Positions 62,846 to 64,000 of a stretch of 64,000 nucleotides of DNA are shown here, piece after piece; position 1 is the stretch's first letter, and every line of letters starts with the position of its first letter. This DNA is from Chrysomallon squamiferum (lineage: Eukaryota; Animalia; Mollusca): assembly GCA_012295275.1 (NCBI GenBank), contig CM022671.1, positions 3,658,001-3,722,000 on the forward strand. Direction: 5' to 3'. The notes beneath the pieces were generated by a model. That model did no database searches, was not told where the DNA came from, and was given only the letters and a program-made list of their open reading frames with translations. A program made the position numbers and the translations under genes.

Positions 62846-63599
62846 GTTAGACACAGAAAAACAGAAATAGAGATATCTCTACGGACAGACATAGAGAAAC
62901 TGAAAAAAACTGGAGAAGATGCTTTTTACATATATGCAGACACCCATACATAAATACCTACGAACCTACAACACACATATAGTTGCCTTCATATATAAAT
63001 GCATTACGTACATATACATACATATACACAAACATTACATGCAAACATGCATACATAATTATACAAACACACATAAGCGAGTGTAAGTTGGAATTTCTAA
63101 AAAAGTAAAAACTAAATAGACGACTGGATCCACCAATAGGATCCATGCCAACATCCACCGTGTGGTTTTGTTTACTTGTTGTTTTTTCATTGAAAACTGA
63201 ACTAAGACGTATTGACTGCTTGGTGTCTGGCAGCAAACCACCAATGATATTCGTCTCAGCTGTGTTGATATTTATACGCATATCTGAAACTTGTGACTGT
63301 CTCCTTATCAGTAAAAATCAGAAACTGTAATATTTATTATATACATATATTTTATCTTTATTACCACACACTCACACGCACTATTATAAATAGATAATTA
63401 TACACATCAGTATATCTATCTATATATATATATATACATACACTTACACACACATTATATATGTATGCATGTATATATATGGATTAACAATATAATAACA
63501 ATAAATTAAATAACAATATAATATAATAAAATAATATTGCAAAACGAAGCACATAATAAAAAGTATTGCATAAAATGTTACGATAAAGTAAATTACAAA

Positions 63600-63614
63600 A
63601 CAATACAAAGTAAA

Positions 63615-63651
<37 letters not shown>

Positions 63652-64000
63652 CAACACAATACAGTACAAAGTAATACAACACAATAAAATATAAGATAAT
63701 ACAATACAACACAGTATAATACATAAGAATGAATACATTACAACACTATGAAACAGAATATAATACAACACAACACTATAAAATAATCATAAAACATTAC
63801 AACACAATAAAACACAATATAATACAACATAATAAAATACAATATAATACAACGCAATAACATACAACATAATACAACACATCATAATGCAATACAACAC
63901 AATGAAATACAATATAATATCATAATACAATAAAAATACAACACACTACAATAAGACACAATATAACACAATACAACACAATAAAACACAACACAGTAAA
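63600..64000. repeat. Degenerate pentanucleotide (ACAAT/ACAAC/ATAAT)n repeat
   Basis: Direct inspection; runs off the end of the window. Confidence 0.85.

Noticed and set aside
62958-63330. Candidate second MFSD4A exon
   Set aside because: No recognisable MFS helix motif and no phase-compatible splice sites.

Overview
AT-rich, intron-rich animal genomic DNA, probably a mollusc or other lophotrochozoan (inferred from a degenerate Meta/MESC-type SINE and vertebrate-like exon structure). It is not prokaryotic, so most ORFs in the supplied track are exon fragments or microsatellite artefacts. Five spliced genes were reconstructed by hand from splice junctions and reading frame: the 3' part of TUBGCP6 (+, 45-6235), complete SARS1 (-, 7850-13648), complete PM20D1 (-, 15138-21481), complete ALDH1L1-type 10-formyl-THF dehydrogenase (+, 24786-41543, with one apparent 1-nt frameshift near 28696), and the first coding exon of an MFSD4A-like transporter (+, 57389-57708). 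The most striking unexplained pattern is that tandem repeats repeatedly copy the splice sites themselves. The extreme case is a ~2 kb array of ~45 x 42-bp units in an ALDH1L1 intron: each unit carries a pyrimidine tract plus CACAG|GTAACA, identical to the real exon-exon junction, so it looks like a ladder of recursive splice sites. Other observations are an in-frame 21-bp acceptor quadruplication, a GC/GT dual junction in TUBGCP6 giving the same peptide, an HXEL-type C-terminus on PM20D1, and a CpG-poor to CpG-rich transition near 43.7 kb. All coordinates were read manually; no alignments or searches were run.
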